Below, piece by piece: positions 37,478 to 49,843 of a stretch of DNA of 64,000 nucleotides (the first letter of the stretch is position 1; every line of letters starts with the position of its first letter). The stretch is from Mytilus californianus (Eukaryota). The translations under genes and the position numbers were made by a program. The notes under the pieces are model-generated. The model did not search any database and was not told where the DNA came from. It saw only the letters and a list, made by a program, of their open reading frames with translations. The stretch covers positions 26,040,001 to 26,104,000 of the forward strand of contig NW_026262734.1 of the NCBI RefSeq assembly GCF_021869535.1, given 5' to 3'.

Positions 37478-38394
37478 AGCTTGTTAAAAATTCATATCAG
37501 CTTGTCGGTCTAATGCACAGCAAAATATGTGTATAGTCAACGAAAACTAACCCTATAAGAGAGATGACCTTTGCGAAAAGTTCAAATGCATGTGTATTAC
37601 TACAGCAGAACAGGAGAAGGTGACCTGCCAAGACAGGTTTTCGCTTAAAAGGGTGACCTTTATAGCAGGTTTAACTGTACATGTACCATGATATCGTTGT
37701 AAAATGAATCCCCGTTTTATAGAACGTTTTTAGAATGTTATTTATCCTTTTTTCTTTTTTTTTTTTTTTAAAGTTAATAACTTTTATTACATATCTGCTG
37801 TTTTAACAATTTACTCGGATTACAGCGTTAGCCCGAGTATCCCTGTTATTAGTTACTGAATCTCTGGGGAAAAAGTCAGTAAATGTAATCAATTATTATC
37901 AGTAGTAACATCTAAATTCTTTTAAATACAGTATATACATAAAAAGAATAGAATCCCATGTTATAAATCACGTGTTAACGGAACATCAATTTGCTTCCCG
38001 AAATTGTTCTCATTTTCCCATATTTATTTTAATCATTGATACAGTTATTTCATACTTGACCTTTGACGAATGTTATTTATCTATCATTATGTTTACACCC
38101 TTTCATGACGTTTATTATGTTTTCATGAAGAACAAAATTTGTTGTGGTTAATTTCCTACCACTCAATGTTGGTAATTTTTAATTATGTGACTGAAAGTGC
38201 TAATTTCTGTACTTTAAATTTATATTTTCCATGTTCTGTACATCACAACAAATATGCTTTATTTTCAAATCTTGTTTTTTTTTCCTTATAGAGGCCTATA
38301 TTTCTAAGCTTCTTTGAATCTGTTTCGTTATTTTATGTACATGACAAACTATATTTTCCCAAATAATTTTACAGCCTTTACATTTATATTAAAG

Positions 38395-38477
38395 TATCAC
38401 GCGGTTTAATTACAAGCAAGAAGAACGTGGGAAGAGATCAAGTTGAATACTCATGGACACTGAATTATAATTTTAAG
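38395..38477 (+). CDS. TIMP: TIMP-like gene C, exon 2
   Basis: taaag|(V)SRGLITSKKNVGRDQVEYSWTLNYNFK|gtaata; 83 nt as in gene B. Confidence 0.86.
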
Positions 38478-40049
38478 GTAATATATAATGTGATAACTCG
38501 CTTACTCCTTACTATTGTATTATATCTTTTCTTCGAGCCTCAAAACATGTAGGGAAAACTTTAAATACAGCAAAAAGATATTCTCGCTTTGAGCTTTTTT
38601 AACTACTGATAAGACAAGTCATGTGTAACAGCCTTACTTAAACAATATTGTCTTATATAAGCTCTTCAAGTAGTTAAACAATCGTACTGACAAAGATACG
38701 TGTAAAATATCATTTTGGTATACGATAAGATAGCAAGGGTAGATAACGCAGACAATTTTAACCTATATCATTGAGAAGTTGCCGGTTTCAAAATTCATAT
38801 TTGATATGTGAATCTCAAAGCAATTTAAAAAACAAATATGATGTTTCCGGGAACATAATCTACTAAACGGCATAACACTCAAAACAAATAAAGACGGGTT
38901 AATGTCATCACAAAGTGTCAATAAATGACAGTGATCCGTTAAAACCTGTGATGTACGATTGGAACGTATCCTCGACGATGGAGCATTAATATCATACTGC
39001 GATGATTTTGTCAAAGAGATGCAAACTGAATTTTCTGCATTTAGAAAAAAAAAGATATTTTAACTTTTATTTGAAAAAAAGCACTTGTATTTCGTTTGCC
39101 ACTGATTTTGTACAGTCTCAAAAATAAAATCAACACTCTATAAATTTCGTACGTCCAAAGCGCCTTTTTGGTTATAATCAAGAATTGTTTGTCAACAGGA
39201 AAAGAAGAAACACAACGGTATATTTTTTTTCAGTATGCATTTGAAGTGGGGGAAAATGTCTACTGTTTATAATCACAAAAAGCATAATTTTGCAATAATG
39301 TTAATCGTATTAAAACATCAACATGGTGACTAACTTAAAAGTCTATAAACCAAAAATATTTGTGTTTTGTTTTATTTTGAACGTACTAAAATTAAACTAA
39401 CATATCTCGACAAGTAAGTATGAAGGTATATTTTTTTTCATATTTTGAAAGTGCAAATAATAAAAAAAAAATGTCAATATTTCAAGGCAAATTCAACTGA
39501 ATTATAAAAATTTGCCATACAATTGGAAGGTTAAGCTAGCTATAAAACCAGGTTAACAATTATCCCATTCATTTATTAATAAAATTAACTATTATTGCAG
39601 GGATTTAAGACATCAATTATTTCAGGGACCAAATAATGGATTCTCCTTATTAAATTTTTACTCCTATTACTCATCGTTTATTAATATAATCCTGTAGCAT
39701 AATATATGACAGTGCTCACTTACATAATTAGTACGATCCGTACACGATGTAATAAATATTATAAAAAGGAAAAATGTAAAAGTACAAACAACACAGCAGG
39801 ATATTAAGAGTGTTACATGTGGAAATCGAAATTGAAAATGTTACTCAAAATGACCGACTTGAGCACGAATGCATGTAAATGACACGCATACAAATAGAGA
39901 GCATATCAAATAAAAGACAGGACAATATTTTTTTTACAGATTTATAACAATAAAACTCATCGGTAGTAAGTCGATTTCAAATTTTAAATGATAATCTATA
40001 CCTTTTACATTCTATTATTGTCTTTTCTGATAGTTTTGAAACGGTAAAG

Positions 40050-40143
40050 TTTAACGTGAAGGAAGAAATTAAAGTTCGTGCTGAGAGAAGTTCGTCGATG
40101 TGCGGAGTCAATTTACAAGTCGGAGTTGAATATTTGATTTCAG
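40050..40143 (+). CDS. TIMP: TIMP-like gene C, exon 3
   Basis: taaag|FNVKEEIKVRAERSSSMCGVNLQVGVEYLIS(G)|gtgagt; 94 nt. Confidence 0.86.
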
Positions 40144-40964
40144 GTGAGTATTATAATTCCTTTTTTAAAATTTTTGTTTCATCGTGAATTTGTGAAACTG
40201 CATCTTTGCTAGCCAAAGGTTACAATCTGACTCCCTCCTCTTAATCTGTGGCGCATTAAGATATTATTTGGGTATACAGAGTTGTGCCATGCAGAACCAC
40301 ACCCACTCCGACTACATCTTTCTTGACCAATGACAGTACTTGTACTATATTTAGTTCGAATGTAAAAATGGCTTCAAATTTCAATTGATTGATTGAGAAC
40401 TTTACAAGTGTCATTAAATATCGTCTTATGTTTGTGGGTAAAGACTCTTGGCACAATCTGCATGTTGCAATTGTTTATTTACATTTTTACATTTACACGA
40501 TTTCTAGTTGAATGCAGCCAGTTACAAATGTGGCCTATGGAAATCTATAACTCATAGATCCGAAAGTCTTATCTAATCTACCAGGAGTGAAAAGGAGGAG
40601 GCCGCACTATTACCTTTGGCTAGTGAAGATGGTAAAACTGATGCCCTTGTTCATCAATCACGATAAGATTTTCTAGAAACTCACTTCCGAAAGTCTGAAG
40701 GTTGCACTTTGTAAGTACAGCTGTTTCATATATTAAGTTAACACTAAGTTAAATAGAAATCAGTGTGTTACTTTAATTAATAGATATTTTCAGCTTTATA
40801 ATCGAGTTTGATTAGAAGTATATTGGAGGAAAAAAGCCCGTTAATATTTTTTGTTTGTATTTATATCAACCAAATACTATCTTTAAATCAACAGGGATTA
40901 AAAAACGCTAATCGTTGACTCTTCATTGAGGTTCATTGCCGCAAAGCAGTTTTAATTCCAGAAA

Positions 40965-41370
40965 TGGAAATAAAAGAAGGACGAAAGATACCAGAGGGAC
41001 AGTCAAACTCATTGATCGAAAAGAAACTGACAACGCGATGGCCAAAAATAAAAAGACAAACAGACAAATAATAGTACAGATGACACAACATAGAAAACTA
41101 AAGACTAAGCAACACGAACCCCACCATAAACTGGGGGTCATCTCAGGTGCTCCGGAAGGGTAAGCAGATCCTGCTCCACATGTGACACCCGTCGTGTTGC
41201 TTATGTTATAATAAATCCGGTAAATAGTCTAATTCGGTAGGTCACATTCGTGAAAAGGGACGGGTATCGTAGTTACGACATAAGGAACATATCCGATATC
41301 ATCTGTGAAACGGTTATTCCATAACGGTCAACCAACTCGTGATGGCCTATGTAAAACTTACGAAGGGATA
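40965..41370 (-). mobile_element. Penelope-like 3' end copy in gene C intron 3
   Basis: Minus strand reads SLRKFYIGHHELVDRYGITVSQMISDMF, followed by the conserved 3' tail. Confidence 0.75.
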
Positions 41371-42854
41371 ACCTTCTTCAAATAATAATGTTAGAGTAAA
41401 TTTACTGATTCCGGCAATAAGTTTCTAGAAAGGGCGTTAGTTCGTTTAAGATCTATACATCCTCAAAAATAAAATATCAAAATTCAAATATTATACTCGG
41501 CAGCTGAATGTGTATCTTATCTTTTTCTAATTGTTATTTTTTTTACCAGCATTGATTTTTAATTGATAATAAAAATAAGTTACTCACTACGGTTTTATGA
41601 TAAATATGTATTTTATAATCCAGCTTATACAGAGGTAGGTACAATTTATGACCACAGCAGTCATTCAATGGTCATTAGAAATATCATTCAGTCTTATAAA
41701 AATCACAATCCTTTGACCAGGATAGATTCCTTTCATGTTCAAAATATATTGTTAGGAAAAGAATACTAAATAAAACAATTGATTTCACAAACTACTTAGA
41801 TAACGATACACTGCAAAATGAACAACGTAATAAAGAAATTAGACTTTGAATAATTTGTTCTTGAAGATTTAAAGAACTTAAACAGACTATACGCAATTTT
41901 TCAACGGAGTGCACTTAAATCGTGAAAGCTGCATCCATTCGTCTTTTTCTCTCCTCGTTTCTTCATTCATATTTATATTTTCAACTCTTCCTTATCCAGT
42001 TTAGTGAAATTGTGGATTTGTAAAATCTCCGCGTAGGTTGTCTTCTTGTATTTGTCAAGGCTGACTAGCAAGACGTTAAGATTAAATAAGCATATTGTAC
42101 AGTTATTTTTGTATTTGGTTAATAGTAGTCAAAACAACACGTGAACAGATGCACCGGTATGTGACAATATAAAACATGCTAACATCAGGATGACTTTTGA
42201 TTATTTTGTCCCTTGGTTGCTGTTTTATTGACGTATACTTCACATTTCCTTTTGTTAAAAAGATAACTTTGTATTGAGGAATATCAGCCATACTGTAAGT
42301 GCAATTACTTAATTTATCAATGACAATATTCAAATATGTATCATATAAAGAACACGAAAACCGGAGTATTGACTATTATTTGGATGGAACTGACTTTATT
42401 GACAGCCCGAAAGCAAGTGTAGCCTACCAACGGTAGTAATATACAAATATACTCCTCAGAAAATCATACAATCCGACACGACGATTAGGTTCATGGATCA
42501 ATAACAAAACTGTTGTTTATGAACACAGTATACTAATGTTTTCCCTATAGTGTAAAATTAAAAGATAGTATGATTGCCAATGAGTCAACTTTCCACCAGA
42601 CAAAGCAACAAGCGAAATACAAATATGATATACAGCAACAAACCACAATCAAAATATAAACAGTATATTTGAAGATTTATCCAATGGAAAATAGGTATGA
42701 TTTAGAACCTGCTTACCCACAATAAGAAACGTATGTCTAACGGGTTTGACAAGCGACATGTAAACCGCATATGTGTCATTCTCTCAATTAATACAGATGA
42801 ATGGGAAAACAAACAAACAAATATTTATAACGACATTATTTATTCATATTTCAG

Positions 42855-42988
42855 GAATTTTAAAGACGAGATATAGAACCATTTATATAGAGACAAACAG
42901 CTGTTTTTGGATTGATAAATGGCATAATATTCCTCTCGCTACGGAAATAGAAATGACAAAGAGGACCTTTGCTACTTGTTATTCGTAG
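42855..42988 (+). CDS. TIMP: TIMP-like gene C, exon 4 (terminal)
   Basis: tttcag|(G)ILKTRYRTIYIETNSCFWIDKWHNIPLATEIEMTKRTFATCYS*; the 3' part of track ORF 42773-42988. Confidence 0.87.
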
Positions 42989-43567
42989 AATCATACTAAT
43001 TGCTGATGTTAGTATATATGTTAAATGCATCAATGTCTTATTTCAAATGCGAACTAAATAAAACAAATTTAACAAATTAAATTAATTAGAATAGTTACTT
43101 TAAGAAACAAAAAATCGATCATTGAACTGCAAAACTGCATTAGTCAATTCTTTTTTGCCAGCTAAAGGTTCATATGTTCTTTGACGGAATATAATAGGAT
43201 ACCGCGATCTACTGTTACTGTAAAAAAAATGTTCGTTTTTTAAAGCAGTCTATATATTGAGTTTTTTTTTTTGTTTTATTTTTTTTTTGCTTTTATCTGT
43301 ACAATTGGACTTCCACTCTTCATTATCATGTAAAATTTGGTACGTGAACGTTTGATTGCCTTAATGTATTTGGTATGAGTGCACATTTGGCTTGTAATGG
43401 AACTATACAATTTCTACACAATAACAACTGACATTAAAAGACCTCCGAAAAAAACGGATGTTAAGATTTCCTAGCCCGGAGGTCAAGGGGATTTTAACAG
43501 ACCTTTTTGTGAGGGGGTCTTGTAATGTCAATATTAACTTATCATTGATTTTTTACTGTGTTACGAC

Positions 43568-44214
43568 CAGAAATCACCTCTAAGTTGTAGCCAACAAAAG
43601 ACACAAATCAATAATAAAATTTAACAAGATTTATTATACACAAATTTACAAGAAATATTATACAAATTGAAATGTCAACTTAACTGTTAAAACATATGTC
43701 CGATCTTTGTCTTTTCTTTATCCGGAATTCTTTTCTGAACTGTACGGAATATGTTCAATCTAGTATGATGTAGTTAACGTAAATAAAAGTGGAAAATTCA
43801 AAACGGAAAGTCCCTAATCAAATGGCAAAATCAAAAGCACAAACACATCAAACGAATGGACAACAACTGTCATATTCCTGACTTGGTACAGGCATTTTCT
43901 TATGTAGAAAATGGTGGATTGAACCTGGTTTTATAGCGCTAAACCTCTTACTTGTATGACAGTCGCATCACATTCCATTATATTGACAACGATGCGCGAA
44001 TAAAACAAACAGAAATCACTTTTAAGTTGTATCCAACAAAAGACACAAATCAATAATAAAATATAACGAGATTTATTATACACACGTTTCAAAGAAAAAT
44101 TATACAAATTGAAATGTCAACTTAATTGTTAAAATATATGTCCGATCTTTTTCTTCTCTTAACTGTACAGAATATGTCCAATCTAGTATGCTGTAGTTAA
44201 CGTAAATAGAAGTG
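43568..44214. repeat. ~205-225-bp direct duplication flanking a family-1 repeat insert
   Basis: 43568-43791 matches 44010-44214; the insert 43792-44010 is repeat family 1. Confidence 0.8.
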
Positions 44215-47200
44215 TCAATCCAACGACTCCAGAGAACTTCTGTGAATCCAAGTATATTATTGTCTCTTCTGTTCAATTTCGGTTTCGGTATATATAGCTG
44301 TCACGGAAACCTCTAGAACACTGTAGAAGGAAAACTCCTAGATAACTTTTGAACGGAAACTTCTAGAATATGGTAGAAGTAAAAGGTACATATCGTAGAT
44401 TATGATCAATTTGGAATCATTATGTAAGTCAAAATAGAAATTTCTAATCATTCCATTAGTATCTATGATTGGTCCAGTGATTTCTAAACAGCACAGCTAT
44501 GACATTATTATGTAAACAACTATAAGGCCACCAAAACAAATTAGGCCAAGATAAATAAACATAATAATTACAATAACAACTGACTTCAAAAAGTACAGAA
44601 ATAGCACTAGCATAAGCCTTATTCTCCCAGAATGGACTAATCTAAATCGGATTCAACGTGTATGAAAGATAAACAGTACTCAGACAGATATAGAAAAATA
44701 ACAGTTTCCTGTTTGCATTGAAAACGAACAAATTAAATGAACGTAACATGATTTAATCATTAAATTATTACACATTTTTTAGATTCAAATAAACATCGTG
44801 GGATACTATTATAAAACGAAGGGGTGAATTTATATTTTTCAACTTCATCTTTTCAAAATAATGATTTTTTTTTTAAATTTAAGAGGTGAATTAAAACCCT
44901 TTACAGATCTGAATCACAATTGACGAATGATTGTGATGCACATGAACGTATAAATGATATATTTGCCGTTTTTTATAATCTGTCAGTAAGTAAGTAAGGA
45001 ATTATATTCTCAAAAGACCATACAATACGAAAGCAGTAAGTAAATCTCTTCCATTAATTCGTTTTTAGGCAGCTTGTTAGACAACTTCCCATCAAACATA
45101 AGGTTCTTTAGAATATTTAAGTAGACGATGATTTAGGTTTTGTGTTTCAATTATTTAATTTTGTTTACTACGCTACGTGACATGCAAATGCACAATGATT
45201 ACAGTGTTCTCTGTCCAGTCCAATTGCTTTATTTATCAATTTTTTTTTTCTCATGTGGGAAGGAGGGGGTTGAAAATTAAAAACATTGCGGGTTAACTTT
45301 AAAGAATGTAATCGTATTTTAGCAGCCTTAAAGTAACATATTCAGGATCAAGTAACGTAGATTTGAGTGGCTCGCTTAAAACGCACATAGAAATATTTTG
45401 ACAAGATGGATCATCATTCAAGGCTTAAATTCAAATACAATGTACTACATGAAAACAAACTTCAGGTTTATTCATTCGTCAATCCCTTTACGATTTAAAT
45501 AAAACATACACCCCTTAAAATCAACTCTTACCTTTCGGAATTGTATTATTGCACGCCACAATCATATATATTAGACAATATCAAGACAGTAGATAAGAAC
45601 CACAGTATAAAAAATATTTAAATAATAGATAGTAGTGTTTAGCTAGGTAGTTTTAGTTAAGGAAAGAAATAACCTTAAAAAAAATCAATTTTCGTAAGTG
45701 TGCAATATAAATGGAAATACTATATAATATTGAGTGTTCTAGGCATTGCACAGGATCTTGTTTTTCTGTTCTATTTACATAGACTAATTTATGAAGTTGA
45801 TGTACGAAATCGTTGGTTTGCTTTTTGATCAAAGTATACTTCATATCCTTATATCCCAAGGGTTGAATAGGGTATAGAAATATTGCCACCCCTAGACTTC
45901 TCCCATCTGTAAGTATACTCTTGCTGTAGGGAGTCCATTTAGCTGTGCGGGATGTATAAATACGCAGCCAGGTCCGGTTCGCTTCAAGTTAAATAACCAT
46001 GGGAACAACTTTTTGAGGGGCTTGTTAGTGGCATATCTCTAAGGAAAATGTCTGCCCCTTTCAAACTTAACAATGTTTTCCATTGTCATACAAATTTTCC
46101 GTCCTTCATTTCTGTCGTCCGATGATCCTTCAGAACCTACCTGTTAAATTAATTATCAAGAGTTTCTCGTTCTGAATATGCATAACCAATCTTGGTTAAC
46201 TGACCACCTGTATTAGTTGATTATTTTATTTGGTTCTAACTATCATGTAATATTTTCCACTGGACGTTAATCAATCAACCATTTCATTTATTCATATCTC
46301 CGATTTTGCATAACACATATAGTACTGCAACATATACGTTCATGTGTGAATTTTTGCCTCGTGTGAATGAGGATGTTTTTCAGAAATTTTTCAGCTATAT
46401 CTGTTCGTTTTGATAGCATTTTGCTATTTCGTCTGTGCACTTTTTTAAATGGAATTTTCAATTTTTCGACTATGAAAAACAAATACAATGGCGAACAAGG
46501 ACCGGTTTTAATGGAGATAGGTGTTCGACTCCTTTCGGTAGTTATTGTCATTCAATGATAATTTACCAAAATTTGCGTTTTCGTGGTAAACTACAGTAGA
46601 TCAAGATAAACCGTCAATAGCAAAATAAGATTTACACACAATTTAAATGATCGAATTCAGAATTTGATTCCTAAAAGGAATGTTTTCCATTCAAAGACGA
46701 TTTGAGTCATGATGAGTCTTGATAGTTTTCTTTTTTGTATGATTCTTGCAAAAATTGTATTAGATAGAGGGTAACAGCAAAGATGATCAGCAAGGCAAGA
46801 TCTATAAATAAGTAAATATGACCCAAATCGTACGGCAATTACTTATAGGAGTTATTAACTTCAATAACGATTTCACACTTATTTACTAACATTTTTGCAT
46901 GTTTGGCTACGAAAATTGTTGATAGAAAGAAATTTTTAACAATATAAACAGTCCGGCAGACAAGATCTACAAATAAGTAATACTGCCCAAATCGTCACTT
47001 GATTCGAATTCCTTAGAGAATTTAGTGCCCTTATAGATTTTTTCCCCATTTTTGCCTTTTTTAAAACTATAAGACTAATAGATAAAGAGAAAATTGATAC
47101 AGCAAATATAGTCACTTAAGACAATTGTCATCTGTAAATAAATCATGTCTGCGATCATAATTCGCTTCTATAGAAGAGATATTGTCCTTAAATGACGTTA

Positions 47201-48139
47201 TTTATTTTGGTTCTACTTCCCTTCCTTATAGCTTGGCTGAATAGGATACAATGTAACCCCTGTTCACATAACGTTTTTAGAGTACTTTTTAGAGTACTAC
47301 AATAATCAGACAACATTATTTACAGATACATTGATGCTAATAAACGGGCTTCGATGTTATCATAGACAAGTGGCAATATGTATATTTCGAATGAGTAGAC
47401 TAAGTGCATATGAATTAAACAAGTACTGTTGAACAAAAAATTTCTAGGTTGTTAAGTCTGAGATCTTCTCGCTTATAAAGGAGAAAAGAAACATATTAAA
47501 AACATTTAAAAATCGTAAAATACGATTTTATTATCCAATTAACGGACTTCAAACATCTTATAATAAATCATTTCATGTTCTGTAGTTTGGACGCTCTTTA
47601 ATTTTTATCTTTTAGAATTTGTACTTATGAAAAATCCAGAATAATGTTGTATGTAATATTAGTTGAATGTTAAGTAGTCATCAGAAACCTTTTTTAATGG
47701 ATAAAACCAAATCGACCGTATAAAATCTTTGTATTCTTCCATACATGTATGCAGTACCCCCTATAACAGTTATCTTTTAATCTCTCTCCTGTAAAAGTAA
47801 ACTCAAATATCTAAAGACAGGGAATCGTGTTAAGACAAGATCAGCTTAAGACTTTAAGCTAGATAGGTCATTTACATAAGCAGATTGATTGATTGCTCCC
47901 TTAACGTCCTGTGGCATATATGTCATGCATATTCAAAACGAGATGCAAAGTTGGTCGATCGGGAAAATGTTGACAAATAGAGTGATACTTGAATAAGATG
48001 GTTCGTTGGAACGAAGCATAAAATATGCATAACAAAAATAATGTCGAACCATTGGTTAGATAGTACAAGACCCCTCTTTCTCTCCACGGTAGACCAAAAA
48101 TAACTAAAAGGCAATAATGGCTACCTATAAGAATAGAAT

Positions 48140-49843
48140 ATACGTTCTTATTGCTTTTAATGACCTACTTGAGCAGTATAGATTAGACATCATGCCAAAC
48201 TTTATTAGTAATTGGAGCGAATTATCAGATGCTGAACGATCAATGACATCTAAAGTTAACAACTTTTTTTGTGAGCTACAATTTTTAGTCAATTTTGCTG
48301 AATGTCTGTCTCCTATTTTAAAGTTTTTTGAACAAATGCTAGAAACTGAGTCATCTATACAAGACAATTTCTCAGATGAAGATGAAGCACCGGAAATCCA
48401 AGTATTCTCCACTGATTCCACATGTTCCAAAACAATAATTTTCTTGCGTTTTTGTAGCAAATGTTTTGGCCGTGGTGTAGATGAAAAAAGTTGGTGTTAC
48501 AGCTCTTTCCAAAAACATTGTGAGAACGAAAATGAGAAAGTCATTAACATTATATTTTTAATGGGACAAATTGCCTATTATCATCATCCAAGGATACTTA
48601 ATTTCTTCGATTGTGTACATGGAACTAAAAACAAACTCCACAAACTAACATTGCAACTTGTGAAAAAACATACATAATTGCATGCTGTAAAGGTTGATTT
48701 CCAAATTAATTACTGCTCCACTTTGGAGGTTAATCGAAAGCAATAAACATGTGTTACACTTGAATGAAAACTATTATGCACTTTTGCAATACTTTGAGAG
48801 AATGAGTAAAGATGTAAATCCATTTGTTAGTGGAGAAGAGTATCCATTCTCTGACGATATCATTGAATTGACAACATTTTTGAAAACCTTATCCAACCTG
48901 TTAATGGCATTGATGAAAAGGCATGTGCTTTTGCATATATGGCATTTAAAGGATTTCATGGCGTACTGGAAAGGGCAATGAAGGAGCAACTGCCTGGTGG
49001 GAAATTCTTTGAGCCAACACAAGAATTGTTTAATCAATCATAATCTGTTTTTCCACATAATAAACTGCCGGAGCGTGTATTTGGTATGCTGGACTTTTTT
49101 CTACGGTATAGGCGAAATGCTTCTACAATTTCAAATGAAGCATTCTTAATGTTTGTATTTAACAAGTCTTCTGAATGGCTAGAAAAATTCTCACAGGAAG
49201 AAAACGAAAAGCTCCTCAATGAGATTAAACAGGAAGGAAGGGAAATTCGTGTTAAGTACAGAAAGAGATTAGCAGGAATAACGGAGCACAGAAAGCAAAA
49301 GTTAAAGGATAAGCAAATCGCTTTGGGGAAAAACAAAAAGCTGTCTTAAAAGCAGAGCCAACATACAAATGACATTATTTACTATAGCTAATGGCAAAAC
49401 AGGGATAAGGTAGATACGATATTGGAGGAAATACCTGGGGTGTCAGAAAAGAGGAAAGCATTAATTTCCCAAATTCGCTTTCGACAAAAAGTGCTTAAAC
49501 AAAGTGTAAATGATAAAAAAAATTATCATGTGACCGAAAAGGGTAAAGCCAACTTAATTGACAAGTTGAAAGATAATGTGTTGAAATTGATTAAAGATAG
49601 CGGTGTAGGTGTAGGTTCTGATAGAAAATATCAGAATGTTCCATTGTTTGTTGGAAAACGAGTTGTACATACGAAGACGGAAAATGAAATGGTCGAGTAG
49701 CCAGTGTTGCTCAAGGATTTCCAGACTTTTACAACATTATCTATGACAAAGAAGTGGAAGATATTACTACACTCATTGCAATTTACACATATAAAATTAA
49801 AGAGGACTATCGAAATGGTAATCTGGAAATTATTCCTGATGTG
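48140..49843 (+). pseudogene. Frameshifted DDE-type DNA transposase remnant with a C-terminal Spindlin/Ssty-like Tudor module
   Basis: Consecutive broken frames: FNDLLEQYR..NNFFCELQFLV (CxxH-like), KLITAPLWRLIE, EQLPGG, HNKLPERVFGMLD..NKSSEWL, then LFVGKRVVH..GRVASV..FYNIIYD..IYTYKIKEDY. Confidence 0.6.

Noticed and set aside
4623-42988. Synapsin host gene on the opposite strand, as for fly and vertebrate TIMPs
   Set aside because: No synapsin-like exon was recognised by eye. Small exons could be missed, so a tBLASTn is needed.
44297-44579. Possible solo LTR (TGTCAC...ATAACA with TATA-like and AATAAA motifs)
   Set aside because: No matching target duplication and no second copy or internal domain in the window.
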